DNA of 64,000 nucleotides. Source: the human T2T-CHM13v2.0 reference genome, Homo sapiens. Made by a program: the position numbers and the translations under genes. Below the pieces are notes generated by a model. The model ran no database searches. It had not been told where the DNA came from and saw nothing but the letters and a program-made list of their open reading frames with translations. Location of the stretch: the NCBI RefSeq assembly GCF_009914755.1, contig NC_060930.1; one strand, given 5' to 3'. Positions 26,486 to 39,600 of this stretch are shown here, piece by piece (the first letter of the stretch is position 1; every line of letters starts with the position of its first letter).

Positions 26486-26844
26486 TCTGTGTCTGTGAAA
26501 TTGTCCTATAACCAGCAATTTCAGATGAATGAGTATAAAGTGCTTCAGGCACTTGGACTAAAGCTGGTTCCTAAAAGCTTGCTGCACAGGGTCCATTGTC
26601 AAAGGAAGAAAAACTGGTGTTGGAGGCTGCCTGCCATGCTGGGTTGATTATTGGGATTTCACACTCTGTTCTGTGGGGACAAGAACCATCCAACTCTGGA
26701 AGGATTGACATCTGGAGAATCTGGCAAGTTAGGGAAGGGACATGAGGAAAAACTATAGTTTAAAAAATTTTAATGTTATAGATAGGACTGTAAAAAGCCA
26801 GGAGTATGATAACAGGAGTTCTTCAATTTTAGGTAAAAAATTTA

Positions 26845-27175
26845 TTTAAAAAATTTCCCAGCTTTAGTGAGGTATAATTGACAAATAAAACTTGTATATA
26901 TTTACAATGTACAATGTAATGTTTTGAAATATGTGTATGTTGTGAAATGATTGATCAAGCTAATTCACATATATATTATCTCACGGAGTTATGTTTTGTG
27001 GTGAGAACATTTAAGATAATCTCTCAGCAGTTTTCAAGTATATAATATTTTTAAAAGTATATGTTATTATTATTTATAGTCACCATACTGTACAATAGAT
27101 CTCCAGAATTTATTCATCCCAACTGAAATTTTGTATTCTTTGACCAATATCTCCCCATCACAGCCCCTTCCCCAA
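26845..27175 (-). mobile_element. L1MA/L1MB 3'UTR fragment
   Basis: cagctttagtgaggtataattgacaaataaaa...gtggtgagaacatttaag...tacaatagatctccagaa. Confidence 0.8.
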
Positions 27176-27358
27176 CTTATTTATTTCGGATTTGATTTGC
27201 AGAGCGATTGATAGACTTCTATGTTTCAGACACTGAAGTAACTAAGATGAGTAAGACAAGCTTCCTGCATGTGAGATACTTCTTCTTAAGTAATGGAGAA
27301 GAAACTTGGGTAATTACCATTAGTATGAAGAGAAATAGCTGATAAATAGTCTTTAGAG

Positions 27359-27530
27359 CAGTAGTTCTCAAACACAAACGTGCATTAGAATCACCTGCAG
27401 GGTTTGTTAAACTACCGATTGCTGTGACCACGCCCAGAGGTTTGGCTTCAGTAGGTCTTCGGTGGGTTCTGAGAATTTGCATTTCTAACAAGCTCCAGGT
27501 GATACTGATGGTTTGTCTACCACTATTTTA
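27359..27530. mobile_element. MER5A-like hAT-Charlie MITE
   Basis: cagtagttctcaaac...tgcattagaatcacctg...gaatttgcatttctaacaagctccaggtgat. Confidence 0.8.
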
Positions 27531-27539
27531 GAGGGGGGT

Positions 27540-28200
27540 GGTGGTGGGTAGGGAAGGCTTCAAGGAGGAGTGACAACTCTGCTAGGACTGGTAATAAATA
27601 TTAAGAGTTTGGTAATGGAGAGGGGGCATGAGCATGCCAGGCAGAGAACAGCATGAGAAGATACATCCGGGAATGAGTGAGCCATTCAGGGACACTAAAG
27701 TTCCAGGCACACGGGGAAGAGCAGGGAGATGAGGCCCAAATTGCAGGCCAGGGCATTTCTCAAGGGCCTTGAGTGCTGGGTTAAGAGTCAGGACATTGCC
27801 CCATGAACAATGTGGAACCATTAGAGGTTTTTCAGAAGAGTGACATGATCAGATTTGTTTCCTAGACAGGAAATTGTTTACCATTTGAAGAGAGGAGAAC
27901 CAGAGGCAGGAAAAGCAATTAGGAAGCTGTTTCAATGGTCCAGGTGATAGATATTAGGGGCTTTAACTGAGCTGATGGAGGTAGGAATGAACACACAAAA
28001 ACAAATGAGAAAGAGATTTAGGAGGTAGGATCAATTGTAATTAGGGACAGAGAAAGAGGAACTGAGGTCCATGATGTAATGCTGGGGTGCCTGAATGGAA
28101 AGTCTTAGTGTAAGTTGAGATACTATAAGATAAAAAGTCATTTTTGGAGGAAAATAGTTAAATTGATTTTGGAAAGAATAAGCTTGAAGTGTTGTTTAAA
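27540..28200 (-). mobile_element. L2 fragment
   Basis: ggaaggcttc...ccaggcagagaacagcatg...gagtgacatgatcagattt. Confidence 0.7.
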
Positions 28201-28773
28201 AAAAAAAAAAAAGAAAAGAAAAATGGGGACAGGTTGGCAGCACCTGTGTTAAGCCAGAATGGAACTAATGAACTAGTGATGGAATTAAGGTTTATATTCA
28301 TCCTTTAAATGTTAAGCCATGAAAAGATGGACTCACATTTTTTTTTCTTATTATTTCAACATAGCCAATTGAAATTGGGAGTTCATGTAGTCAGGGCTAC
28401 ATAAAAAATTATTCTATCCACTACTCATACACATCCTATGTATAATGTGCTTAAAACATGATTAGAGAGATGAAACAAGGACACTTGAAATGATAAGAAG
28501 ATTAGACTTTAAGTACATATTAAGTGAGTGATGTGGATGAGCGAGATTATTTCCAGTTAAAACATTCAGAGAAAGCTTCAACATCTTTCCCTTCTTCTTT
28601 ATTACCTACCTCTTTTCTCTGACGCTCATCAATCAGGTATCTTTACCCCCTTGTTCATGCCCTTTGGCTAGCAGAAGGGCTGAGCAGAAAATTTCATAGA
28701 AACATAATGAAGATGTGTTAAGAGGCCCAGGAGATTCTCAATGGCAGGGAGTTAGAGGGCAGGTCAGAGACAG

Positions 28774-28929
28774 CAGTGTATCTCAATTTTAACGTGCACG
28801 GAATCACCTGGAAATCTAGTTAAAATGCAGATTCTGATTTGCCAGTGGGGCCTGAGATTCTGCATTTCAATCAAGCTCTCAAGTGATGCCTCTGTGCTGC
28901 TGGTCTGTGGACCATACTGAGTAGCAAGG
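28774..28929. mobile_element. MER5B/MER5A-like MITE
   Basis: gaatcacctggaaatctagttaaaatgcagattctg...ggaccatactgagtagcaagg. Confidence 0.75.
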
Positions 28930-28949
28930 TGCTAGGGCATTTTCGGCCC

Positions 28950-29480
28950 ACGTGGTTGAAACTATTGGCTGTGGAGTTAGACAGATTCGAGACAGAATAT
29001 TGCCTCTGTCAGTTATTAGGTGGTTAACCTTGGGCAGGTTATTAAACCTCAATCTAAGTTTTATCTTCTGTAATAATAATATCTTACTTATGGGGTTGAT
29101 AATGTCAATGTTCTTTCTGACACCCATGGTATCCTTGAAGGATGGCTTTTATGCCATTTTCAGGGGTTATCTTTATCTTAAAAATTAATATTCAATTTAA
29201 ATAAAGTTACAGATTCAAAACTTTAAGAGCTCAGTCAAGCAGTGTCAGTGTTTGAGTCTTAGCTCTCCTTACTCTGACTTTGGGCCAAGGACTTATCCTT
29301 GTACACATCTAATCATTTAACCTTCACCACAACTCTGTAGAGGTGCCTTTATTACTTCTAGCTGAGGTCTCAGTTTCCACTGCTGTAAACTGGGAATACT
29401 AATGGGGTAGTTGTGAGGAATAAATGAGTTAATGTGCAAAAAGTGTTTATAAAAGGCTTGGCACATAAAAAACTTTATCG
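28950..29480 (+). mobile_element. Two or more MIR fragments
   Basis: accttgggcaggttattaaacctc; tctcagtttccactgctgtaaactgggaatactaat...gttgtgaggaataaatgagttaat. Confidence 0.55.
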
Positions 29481-29733
29481 TTCCTTAAGCCTTTAGGTTC
29501 AACTCACAAATCTTAGCTTTCTGTTTATAAATCTATAAAATTTTAACAATTATTTTTAAAGTAACATTTACGACTGAATTAATTTTTCTTATATACTTTA
29601 AATTGCATTTCTACAGTTGGTGTTCTTTATTTTCTTCAAGAAATCCAATTGTCTGAAAAACAGATCATATAAAGAACTTAAATAATCCTTATAAATATGA
29701 AACTTTAAACTTACAAATATGGGGAGTTTAAAG

Positions 29734-29957
29734 TAGTGACATAGCAATGGGAGTGACAGATGTGGTCCACTCTTGGGTACAGACAGTAAAGGGGTATGTG
29801 ATCTGTAGATAATTTAAAAACAATAATAAAAGCAATTAAGTATTGTTGGTCTGCCTTTTATTATCATCATGTACTGACATACTATCAATAACAGTGACAA
29901 AATACTCCTTATGCTGGAATGGACCACTTCTATAGTCTGCACCCCTTGGTACACCCA
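29734..29957. mobile_element. Short hAT-Tip100 element (MER97-like)
   Basis: Degenerate TIRs tagtgacatagcaatggg / cccttggtacacc; internal ctgtagataatttaaaaacaataataaaa. Confidence 0.55.
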
Positions 29958-30048
29958 GGGTAATCTTAAGTGCTCTTTAATGTTCCAATACTGCTTAGAA
30001 TGTTGGCCAAATTCTCTTTTAGTTTTACATTAAAAATGACAATCTAAC

Positions 30049-30337
<289 letters not shown>

Positions 30338-30534
30338 CTAGGCTTATCTATAATAACTCATACATGTCTCTAAATATTATAAGTAATTAAAATAAAATAT
30401 TCACTAATATTTCCCCCTAAACATAGCTTAAAATATTAATACTATAGGTTTGATTTATATCAACATTTATACCTTTAATTATAAATTTTCCCAGAGGTTT
30501 GCAATGTTAACTCAATAATGGAAAACTTGTCATA

Positions 30535-30720
30535 AAAGCAGAACAGTGTCATGGGTTAAGAGAATAGATTATTGGAGCAGACTGCCTGGTTTTGAAGATT
30601 AGCCCTGCCACTTGCTAGCAGTGTAGCCCTTAGCTGGTTATATAACCTCTCTGTGTCTCAATTTTCTCATGAGGGCATACTAATAACAAGTAGCTACCTT
30701 ATAAGATGACTAAATAAATT
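30535..30720 (+). mobile_element. MIR
   Basis: ggagcagactgcctgg...ctgccacttgctagcagtgt...aacctctctgtgtctcaattttctca. Confidence 0.7.
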
Positions 30721-32636
30721 ATGATACCAAACCACTTAGCATATATTAGAAATTAATTGATCATATAAGCATGGGTCTATTTCTAAATTTTGATTCCATT
30801 TTATTGGTATGTTTGGACTATTTCATGCTATCTGGATTGTGCCTATTTTTGGACTAATATCATGCTATCTGGATTATGGTATCTTTATATGAAGTCTTGA
30901 ATTCAAATCAGGTAACACAAGTTATCCAATGTTCCTTTTAAATGTTGTTTTAGCTATCCTTTACTGGTGAAAATTTCTGGGCCTGAAAATTACTTTGTGG
31001 GGAGGTTTTAAATTTTAAATTCAATTTATTTAACAAATATAGGCCATTCATTAAAAAAATTCTCATGTAATAAATTTTGGTAATTTTTTAGCACAAAGTT
31101 ATTTATAATAGCTCCTTATCCTTTAAAAATATGTTGTTTCTGTCTCTTCAAACTATTCCAGAAAAGTGAAGAGGAGGGAATACTTTCAAACTTATTTTAC
31201 AAAGCCAGAATTACCTTGATTCCAAAACCAGACAAGACAACAATAAAAGAGAGTTACAGGCCAATATCCTTGATTAACATAGATACAAAAATTCTCAACA
31301 AGATACTAGCAAACCGAATTCAATAGCACATGGAGAAGATCATTCAGTATGATCAGGTGAGATTCATCCCAGTGATACAAGAATGGTTTAACATACACAA
31401 AATCAATACATATGATACACCACATTAGTAGAAAGACAAAAACCATGGTCATCTCAATAAATGCTTTAAAAGCATTTGACAAAATTAGACATCTGTTCAT
31501 GATAAAAACTCTCAACAAACTAGGTATAGAAGGTATGTATTTCAACATAATAAAGGTCATATATGACAAACTCACAGCTAACATCATACTAAATGGAGAA
31601 AAGTTGAAAGATTTTCCTTCAAGATCTGGAGCAAGACAAGAACACCCACTTTTACTACTTTTATTCAATATAGTACTGGAAATCCTAGCCAGAGCAATTG
31701 GACAAGAGAAAGAAGTTAGAAGGAAGTAAAAGTATCCCTATTTGCAGACAACATGATCTTATACAGAGAAAAACCTAAAAGACTTCATCAAAAAGCTGTT
31801 AGAATTAATAAATGAATTCAGTAAAGTTGCAAGATATAGAATCAACATACAAAAATCAGTAGCATTTCTATGTGCCAGTTTTGAACTACCTAAAAAAGAA
31901 ATCAAGATAATGATCTCATTTACAGCAGCTACAAAATAGGTACCTAGGAATAAACTTAACCAGGGAAGTGAAAGAGTTCTATGTTGAAAACTATAAAACA
32001 CCGATGAAAGAAACTGAAGAGAAAACAAATAAATGGAAAGATATCCCACGTACATGGACTGGAAGAATTAATATTGTTAAAATGGTCATATTACTGAAAG
32101 TGTTCTACAGATTAATGCAATCACTATCAAAATACCAATGAAATTCTTCACAGAAATAGAAAAAGTGATCCTAAAATTTATATAGAATCACAAAAGACCC
32201 CAAATAGCCTAAGCTGTCCTGAGCAAAAAGAACAAAGCTGGAGGCATCACAGTAACCTGACTTCAAAATATACCACAGAGCTATAGTAACCAAACCAACA
32301 TACTGGCATAAAATCAGACATATAGACCAATGAAACAGAATACAGAGCCCAGAAACAAATTTATGCACCTACAGCCAGCTTGATCTTTGACAAAGATGCC
32401 AGAAGCACACACTGAGGAAAGGACAGTCTCTGCAATAAATGGTGCTGGGAAAATTGGATACTCACATGCAGAAGAATGAGACTAGACCTACCTTTCACCA
32501 TATTAAAAAATCAATGCAAAATGAATTATAGACTTCACATAAAACCCCAAATTCATGAAACTACTAGAAGAAAACAGAAAAAATGCTTCATGACATTGGG
32601 CTGGGCAAGGATTTTTAAAATAAGACTGAAAAAGCA

Positions 32637-32751
32637 TTGGGTGCAGTGTACACTGCTAGGGTGTTGGGTGCACCAAAATCTCAGAAATCACACCTAAAGA
32701 ACTTGTCCATGTAATCAAACACCACCTGTTCCCCAAAAACTATTGAAATAA
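32637..32751 (+). mobile_element. ~115-bp L1PB 3' end inserted within the L1MA
   Basis: gtgtacactgctagggtgttgggtgcaccaaaatctcagaaatca...ctattgaaataaa; TSD AAAAAGCA (32629-32636, 32752-32759). Confidence 0.85.
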
Positions 32752-33413
32752 AAAAAGCACAAGCAACAAAGCAAAAATGGACAAATAAGTTACACAAAAC
32801 CAAAAAGCTTCTGCACAGTAAAGAAAACAATCAACAGACTGAAGGGACAACCTACAGAATGGGAGGAAATATTTGCAAACAATATATTTGACAAGGAGTT
32901 TATATCTAGAATATTTAAGGAATGCAACTCAATAAGGCAAAAATCTGATTAAAAATGGGCAAAAGACTTTGATAAACATTTCTCAATATAAGATATACAA
33001 ATGGTTAATAGGTATATAAAAATATACTCAACATTACTAATCATCAGGGAAATACAAATCGAAGCCACAATAAGATACCACCTCACTCCAGTTAGAATGG
33101 CTACTATAAAAAGACAAAAAACATTTTGGCAAGGATGTGTATAAAAAGGAACGCACACTGTTGCCACCAACACTAGTATTGTAAACTAGTACAGACATTA
33201 TGGAAACAGTATGTAGGTTCTTCAAAAAATTAAAAAGAGAACTACCATATGATCCACCAATCCCACTACTGGATATATATCCAAAGGAAATGAAATCAGT
33301 ATGTTGAAGAGATGTCTGCACGCCAATGTTCATTGCAACACTATAATAGCTAAGATATGGAATCAATCTAAGTGTGCTTCAGTTAATGAATGCATAAAGA
33401 AAACATGAGATAA

Positions 33414-33422
33414 ACGCGCGCA

Positions 33423-33477
<55 letters not shown>
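33414..33477. repeat. (CG)/(CA)n microsatellite
   Basis: acgcgcgcacgcgcacaca... uninterrupted purine-pyrimidine alternation. Confidence 0.95.
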
Positions 33478-33479
<2 letters not shown>

Positions 33480-35154
33480 GAAGAGTCTTCAGTGATAAAA
33501 AAGAATGAGATCCCATCATTTGCAACAACAGGATGAACCAGGGAAATGTCATGTTAAATGAGATAAACCAGACACAGAAAGTTAAATATTGCATGATCTT
33601 ACTCATATGTGGAATCTGAAAAATAATGTTGATATCATAGAAGCAGAGAGTAGAACAGTGGTTACTAGAGACTGGGGAAGAGTAGGGAAAGGGGAGAATG
33701 GGAAGAGGTTGGGTAATAGGTATAAAATACAATTAAGAGGTATAAGTTCTTGTGTTCAATTGCACAGCAGGTGACTACAGTTAACTGTAAAGTATTGAAT
33801 ATTAAAAAATAGCTAGAAGAGAAGCTTTTGAATGTTTCCACTACAAATAAATGATAAATGCAGGGGGTGATAGATACACACTAATTACCCTGGTTGGATC
33901 ATTATAAAACATATATATGTACTGAAACATCAAATTTTACCTCAAATATATGTACAATTACAATGAGTCAATTAAAAATATGTTGTTTCTGTAGGTAGGC
34001 CTCACCTTTCATTCTGGGTATTGGTAATTTGTATTTTCTTTCTTTTTTTCTTCATTGGCCTTGCTAAACATTTATAAATTTTGTTAATCTTTCAAAAGAA
34101 CTAAATTTTTGCTTTGTTAATTTTCTCTATTACTTGTCTATTTTCTATTTCTGTGTTTCAAATATAAGCAAATGAAGCTATAAATTTCCCTCTAAGCACT
34201 GCTTTAGCTGCATCCCACACAATTTTATATACGATTTTCATTTTTACCCAGTTCAAAATATTTTATAATTTATCTCATGATTTCTTTTATCTATGGTTGA
34301 TTTCACAGTGTGTCATTTAATTTCTTGTTATTTTTCTTTCCATGGGCTCTTTTCCCCCTCTGGAAACCTTCCTATACCCCTCTGCCTATGGCACTTGCAG
34401 TTTCTTTTGCATTTATTTAAGCAGAGAAGGACTAGGCTGATGCTCTGATGGTAATTATTAAGGTGATTATTCATCTTAGGTGAAGTATTTTTGACTGAGA
34501 AGTTGCTGTGTGCTCAACGCTGTGATGTATTTAATCAATAGCTTCTGGGACTAGCCTCACAGCTGGAGATAGAAGGGATGTTTCTGCTATCTTTAGTGTA
34601 AAGTATTTCTAAAACTCTAGGGCTTCAGGCACTTGAGTCATGCTCTAGGAAAGGATTTCTGTGATCCAGATTGTTGAGATACTACTTTCCAACACTTTAA
34701 AAAAGTTATGATGATACATATTCTAATGTTCTTAATGTTTTGAGGGACTTAGGCTTTACCTTCCTGCCCGCAATGGGAAGAAATTCTGATATGCATTTAA
34801 GATGAAATGGAGTCCTTGAGGACCCACTGTGACTGGTTACACTAGAGAGGTGAGCTTCTGGAGGTAGTGCCAGGTTGTGTGCCCAGGGAAAGGGGCCATA
34901 GAATAAGTTGTTCAACCTGTCTATCATCTGGACCATTTGATAAAGTCCAGGAAACATTATTTAAGGGTGGGAACCTATGATGGTAAAGGTCTGGAGGACT
35001 CGTTTAGAGGATTCTCCAATAAATATCTCCAATCAATATTCCAGCAGGATAAAAGCAGAAGCTGGCTGAATAGGACTATGTGGGTTGTTTCCATCATCTT
35101 TCCCTCTAACATGACTAATATATAGCAACTTACCAAGCACTTGGAATAACCAGC

Positions 35155-35310
35155 TAATAACAGTAGCTAACATTTATTGAGCACTTTCTTTGAATCAGGC
35201 ACTATACTCAATCTTTCGTGTCTTATTTAAATCACACTAAGCTTCTAAGCTAGATACTGCTATTACCAGCCCCTTCACACTTGAGGAGCTAAGTGAATTA
35301 CCCCAGGTTA
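35155..35310 (-). mobile_element. MIR fragment
   Basis: agctaacatttattgagcactt...caggcact. Confidence 0.6.
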
Positions 35311-36037
35311 CTTACAAGGACATTTTCTTCAGACATGTTTGCACCCAATACAGCTTATGAAAAACATGGAGACTTTCCTTTCCATCCCAGGCATCTGGTC
35401 ACTTTCTATAATAGAGCCAACTTTGTTTTTGGGGCAACTGAAAGTCAAACATGTCTTGGAAAGTTCTCAATAGGATAGGCATCACAACGACTGAAATATT
35501 TTCTTCCATTTGTGTGGTCTCTGTTACATGGGAAAGCAAATGATGCAGAGAAACCCAAGACATTTTTGACAAGCTTCACATTGACAATGGGAGCAAGTAG
35601 CACTTCCAAATCCCATTTGTTTCTCCACTGAATACTAATCCCGGAGTTTATCAGTTTGAATGTATTCCCTGAAGAATAACTCCAGACTTAAGAATTCATT
35701 CTTAATTCTTTAGGGGAAATTTCCATATCCCACATTAATAATCATAAGAATTCAGTAGCAATGTCACCAAGAACGCTCAGAAGACTACTCTATTCTCTCA
35801 CATAGAGACAGTTTGATAATAAACTGATAAATAGAACCTTGAAAAGTCAAAATTTACAACATAATACCTGTCATTCAGACATATTTTCAATATGATGGCT
35901 CTAATAATGTCCCTCCTAAGCATTTATTACATTAGACCAAAAAAAAAAAAACAAACAAACAAACAAAAAAAACACTGAGAAGCGAGAACCAGCTATGCTC
36001 ATCCAGATTTTCTCATTTAATAGTAAACTTCTGGATG

Positions 36038-36647
36038 CAGGGCTGGCTTTGTGGATGTGTAACCTGTGCAGTTGCACTGGGCCTGTGCTCAGGAGGGCCC
36101 TGCCCTTGCTTCAATGCCCAGCTGTCATCCTCATGAAATTGTTAACAATTTTATCTCTGAACTCGTATTTTTTTTTTTGAAATTATGTCTGATGGAACAA
36201 CGAAGCATGTGAGTGAACAGAGATATGCACAATAAGCATGCCTACCATTCCTCAGTATCTGTTTTCATGTAGTGTTTGTGAGGCCCTGTGACTATAGGAT
36301 TCTGGTAGACCCACAATACATGAGAATTTTTTGTTTTCTCAAAGGAATACAAGGTAAGTGTGTTATGGATGTGGCTAAGTGGAAATGCCAACAGCCCCAA
36401 GAGGCCATGTTTTTCATTTAAACCAGAACTTTCTTAAAGTGCAAAAAGAAGACAATGACATTCTAAGACATACACGAATGGCCAAGGAACCCAATCATAT
36501 CCTTTTTCATTCATGTCACTTCTCTGCATTAGCCAACCACTTACAGAAAAATTCATGGCATAAAGGAAGAGAAAGACAGGGCAACCCACAGTTCCTTTTC
36601 CTTTCAGTTCTTTATTCAGAACTGTGGGTAGAATGTATGTGGGAGAA
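36038..36647 (+). mobile_element. MER45B/C-like hAT-Tip100 DNA transposon, right end missing
   Basis: CAGGGCTGGCTTTGTGGATGTGTAACCTGTGCAGTTGCACTGGGCC matches the MER45 left terminus. Confidence 0.75.
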
Positions 36648-39600
36648 TGTGGGATGTTACTCTGCAAACTGTCCCTTTTGCCATGCAAAATTTCTTTAGT
36701 TTAATGAAGTCCCAGCTCTTTATCTTTGTTTTTATTGCATTGCTTTTGAGTTCTTGGTCATGAAATCCTTGCCCAGGCCAATGTCTAGAAGGGTTTTTCC
36801 AATGTTATCTTCTAGAAATTTTATAGTTTTAGTCTTAGATTTGAGTCCTTAATCCATCTTGGGTTGATTTTTATATAAGGTGGGAGATGAGGATCCAGTT
36901 TCATTCTCCTACATATGGACAGGCAATTATCCCAGCACCATTTGTTGAAAAGGGTGTCCTTTCCCCACTTTATGTTTTTGTTTGCTTTGTCGAAGATCAG
37001 TTGGCTGTAAGTATTTGGGTTTATTTCTGGGTTCTTTATTCTGTTCCATTGGTCTATGTGCCTATTTTTATACCAGAACCATGCTGTTTTGGCGACTATG
37101 GCCTTATAGTATAGTTTGAAATCAGGCAGTGCGATGCCTGCATATTTGTTCTTTTTGCTTAGTCTTGCTTTGACTATGCGGGCTCCTTTCTTGTTCCATA
37201 TGAATTTTAGAATTGTTTTTTCTAATTCTGTGAAGAATGATGGTTGTATTTAATGGGGATTGCATTGAACTTATAGATTGCTTTTGGCAGTATGGTCATT
37301 TTCACAATATCGATTCTGCCCATCCATGAGCATGGAATGTGTTTGCATTTGTTTGTGTCATCTATGATTTCGTTCAGCAGTGTTTTGTAGTTTTCCTTGT
37401 AGAGGTCTTTTGCCTTATTGGTAAGGTATATTCCTAAGTATTTTTTTTTTTTTTGCAGCTATTGTAAAAGGGGTTGAGTTCTTGATTTGATTCTCCACTC
37501 GGTTGCTGTTGCTGTATAGGAGACCTACTGATTTGTGTACATCAATCTTATATCCAGAAATTTTGCTGAATTCTTTTATCAGTTCTAGGAGCTTTCTGGA
37601 GGAGTCTTTAGGGGTTTCAAGGTAAACAATCATATCGTCAGCAAACAGTGACAGTTTGAATTCCTCTTACTGATTTGGATGTCCTTTATTTCTGTCTCTT
37701 GTCTGATTGCTCTGGCTAGGACTTCCAGTACTATATTGAAGAAAAGTGGTGAGAGTGGGCAAGCTTGTCTTGTTCCAGTTCTCGGAAGGAATGTTTTCAA
37801 TTTTTCCCCATTCAGTATTATGTTGGCTGTGGTTTTGTCATAGATGGCTTTTATTACATTGAGGTATGCCCCTTGTATGCTGATTTTTCTGAGAGTTTTA
37901 ATTATAAAGTGGTGCTGGATTTTGTCAAGTGCTTTTTCTGCATCTATTGAGATGATTGTGCAATTTTTGTTTTTAATTCTGTCTATGTGGTGTATCACAT
38001 TTATTGACGTGCGTATGTTAAACCATCCCTGCATCCCTGGTATAAAACCCACTTGATCATGGTGGATTATCTTTTTGATATGTTGTTCAATTTGGTTAGC
38101 TAGTATTTTGTTAAGGATTTTTGCATCTATCTTCATCAAGGATATCAGTCTGTAGTTTTCTTTTTTGGTTATGTCCTTTCCTGGTTTTGGTATTAGGGTG
38201 ATAATTCACTCTTCATAGAGTGAATTAGGGAGGGTTCCCTCTTTCTTTATCTTGTGGAATAGTGTCAATAGGATTGGTACCAATTCTTCTTTGAATGTCT
38301 GGTAGAATTCTGCTGTGAACCCGTCTGGTCCCGGACATTTTTTTTTGTTGGTAATTGCTTGTTATTGGTCTGTTCAGGGTATCTAATTATTCCTGATTTA
38401 CGCTTGGAGGGTAGTATTTTTCCAGGAATTTATCCATCTCTCCTAGGTTTTCAAGTTTATGCGTGTAAAGGTGTTCATAGTAGCCTTGAATGATCTTTTG
38501 TGTTTCAGTGGTGTCAGTTGTAATATCTCCCATTTCGTTTCTTATTGAAGTTATTTGGATTTTCTCTCTTCTCTTTTTGGTTACTCTTGCTAATGGGCTA
38601 TCAATTTTATTTATCTTTTCAAAGAACCAGTTTTTTATTTAATTTATCTTTCATGTTTTTTTGGTTTCAATTTCATTTAGTTCTGCTATGATCTTTGTTA
38701 TTTCCTTTCTTCTGCTGGGTTTGTATTTGGTTTGTTTTTTCTCTAGTTCCTTGAGGTATGACCTTAGAATATCAGTTTGTGCTATTTGAGTCTTTTTGAT
38801 ATAGGTGTTTAGGGCTACGAACTTTCCTTTCAGCACCGCCTTTGTTGTATCCCAGAGGTTTTGATATGTTGTGTCACTATAGTTCAGTTCAAATAATTTT
38901 TAATTTCCATTTTGATTTTGTTTTTGACCCAATGATCATTCAGAAGCAGTTTATTTAATTTCCATGTATTTGCATGGTTTGAAGGTTCCTTTTAGAGTCG
39001 ATTTCCAGTTTTATTCCACTGTGGTCTGAGAGAGTGCTTGATATAATTTCAGTTTTCTTAAATTTATTGAGGCTCATTTTGTGGCCTATCATATGGTTTA
39101 TCCTGGAGAAAGTTCCATGTGCTGTTGAATAGAATGTGTATTCTGCAGTTGTTGGATGGAATGTTCTGTGTATATCTGTTAAGCCCATTTGTTCCAAGGT
39201 ATAGTTTAAATCCATTGTTTCTTTGTTTACGTTCTGTCTTGATGACCTGTCTAGTGCTGTCAGTGGAGTATTGAAGTCCCCCCCACTATTATGGTGTTGC
39301 TGTCTATCTCATTTCTTAGGTGTATTAGTAATTGTTTTTATAAATTTGGGAGCTCTAGTGTTAGGTGCATATATGTTTAGGATTGTGATATTTTCCTGTT
39401 GGACAAGGCCTTTTTCCATTATATAACGTCCCTCTTTGTCTCTTTTAACTGCTGTTGCTTTAAAGTTTATTTTGTCTGATATAAAAATAGCTACCCCTGC
39501 TAGCTTTTGGTGTCCATTTGCATGAAATGCCTTTTTCCAACCCTTTACTGTCAGTTTATGTGAGTCCTTATGTCTAGGTCTCTAGCAAGGCCAGGGAAGT

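Larger units (their letters stand above)
31144..33973 (+). mobile_element. 5'-truncated L1MA (L1MA4/5-like)
   Basis: ORF2 RT remnants plus L1MA 3'UTR; perfect 19-bp TSD AAAAATATGTTGTTTCTGT (31125-31143, 33974-33992). Confidence 0.9.
30745..34330 (-). mobile_element. Very old antisense L1M/L1ME fragments (30745-31124 and 33993-34330) split by the L1MA insertion
   Basis: T-rich reverse ORF2-like sequence on both sides, e.g. gctataaatttccctctaagcactgctttagctgcatccca. Confidence 0.6.
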
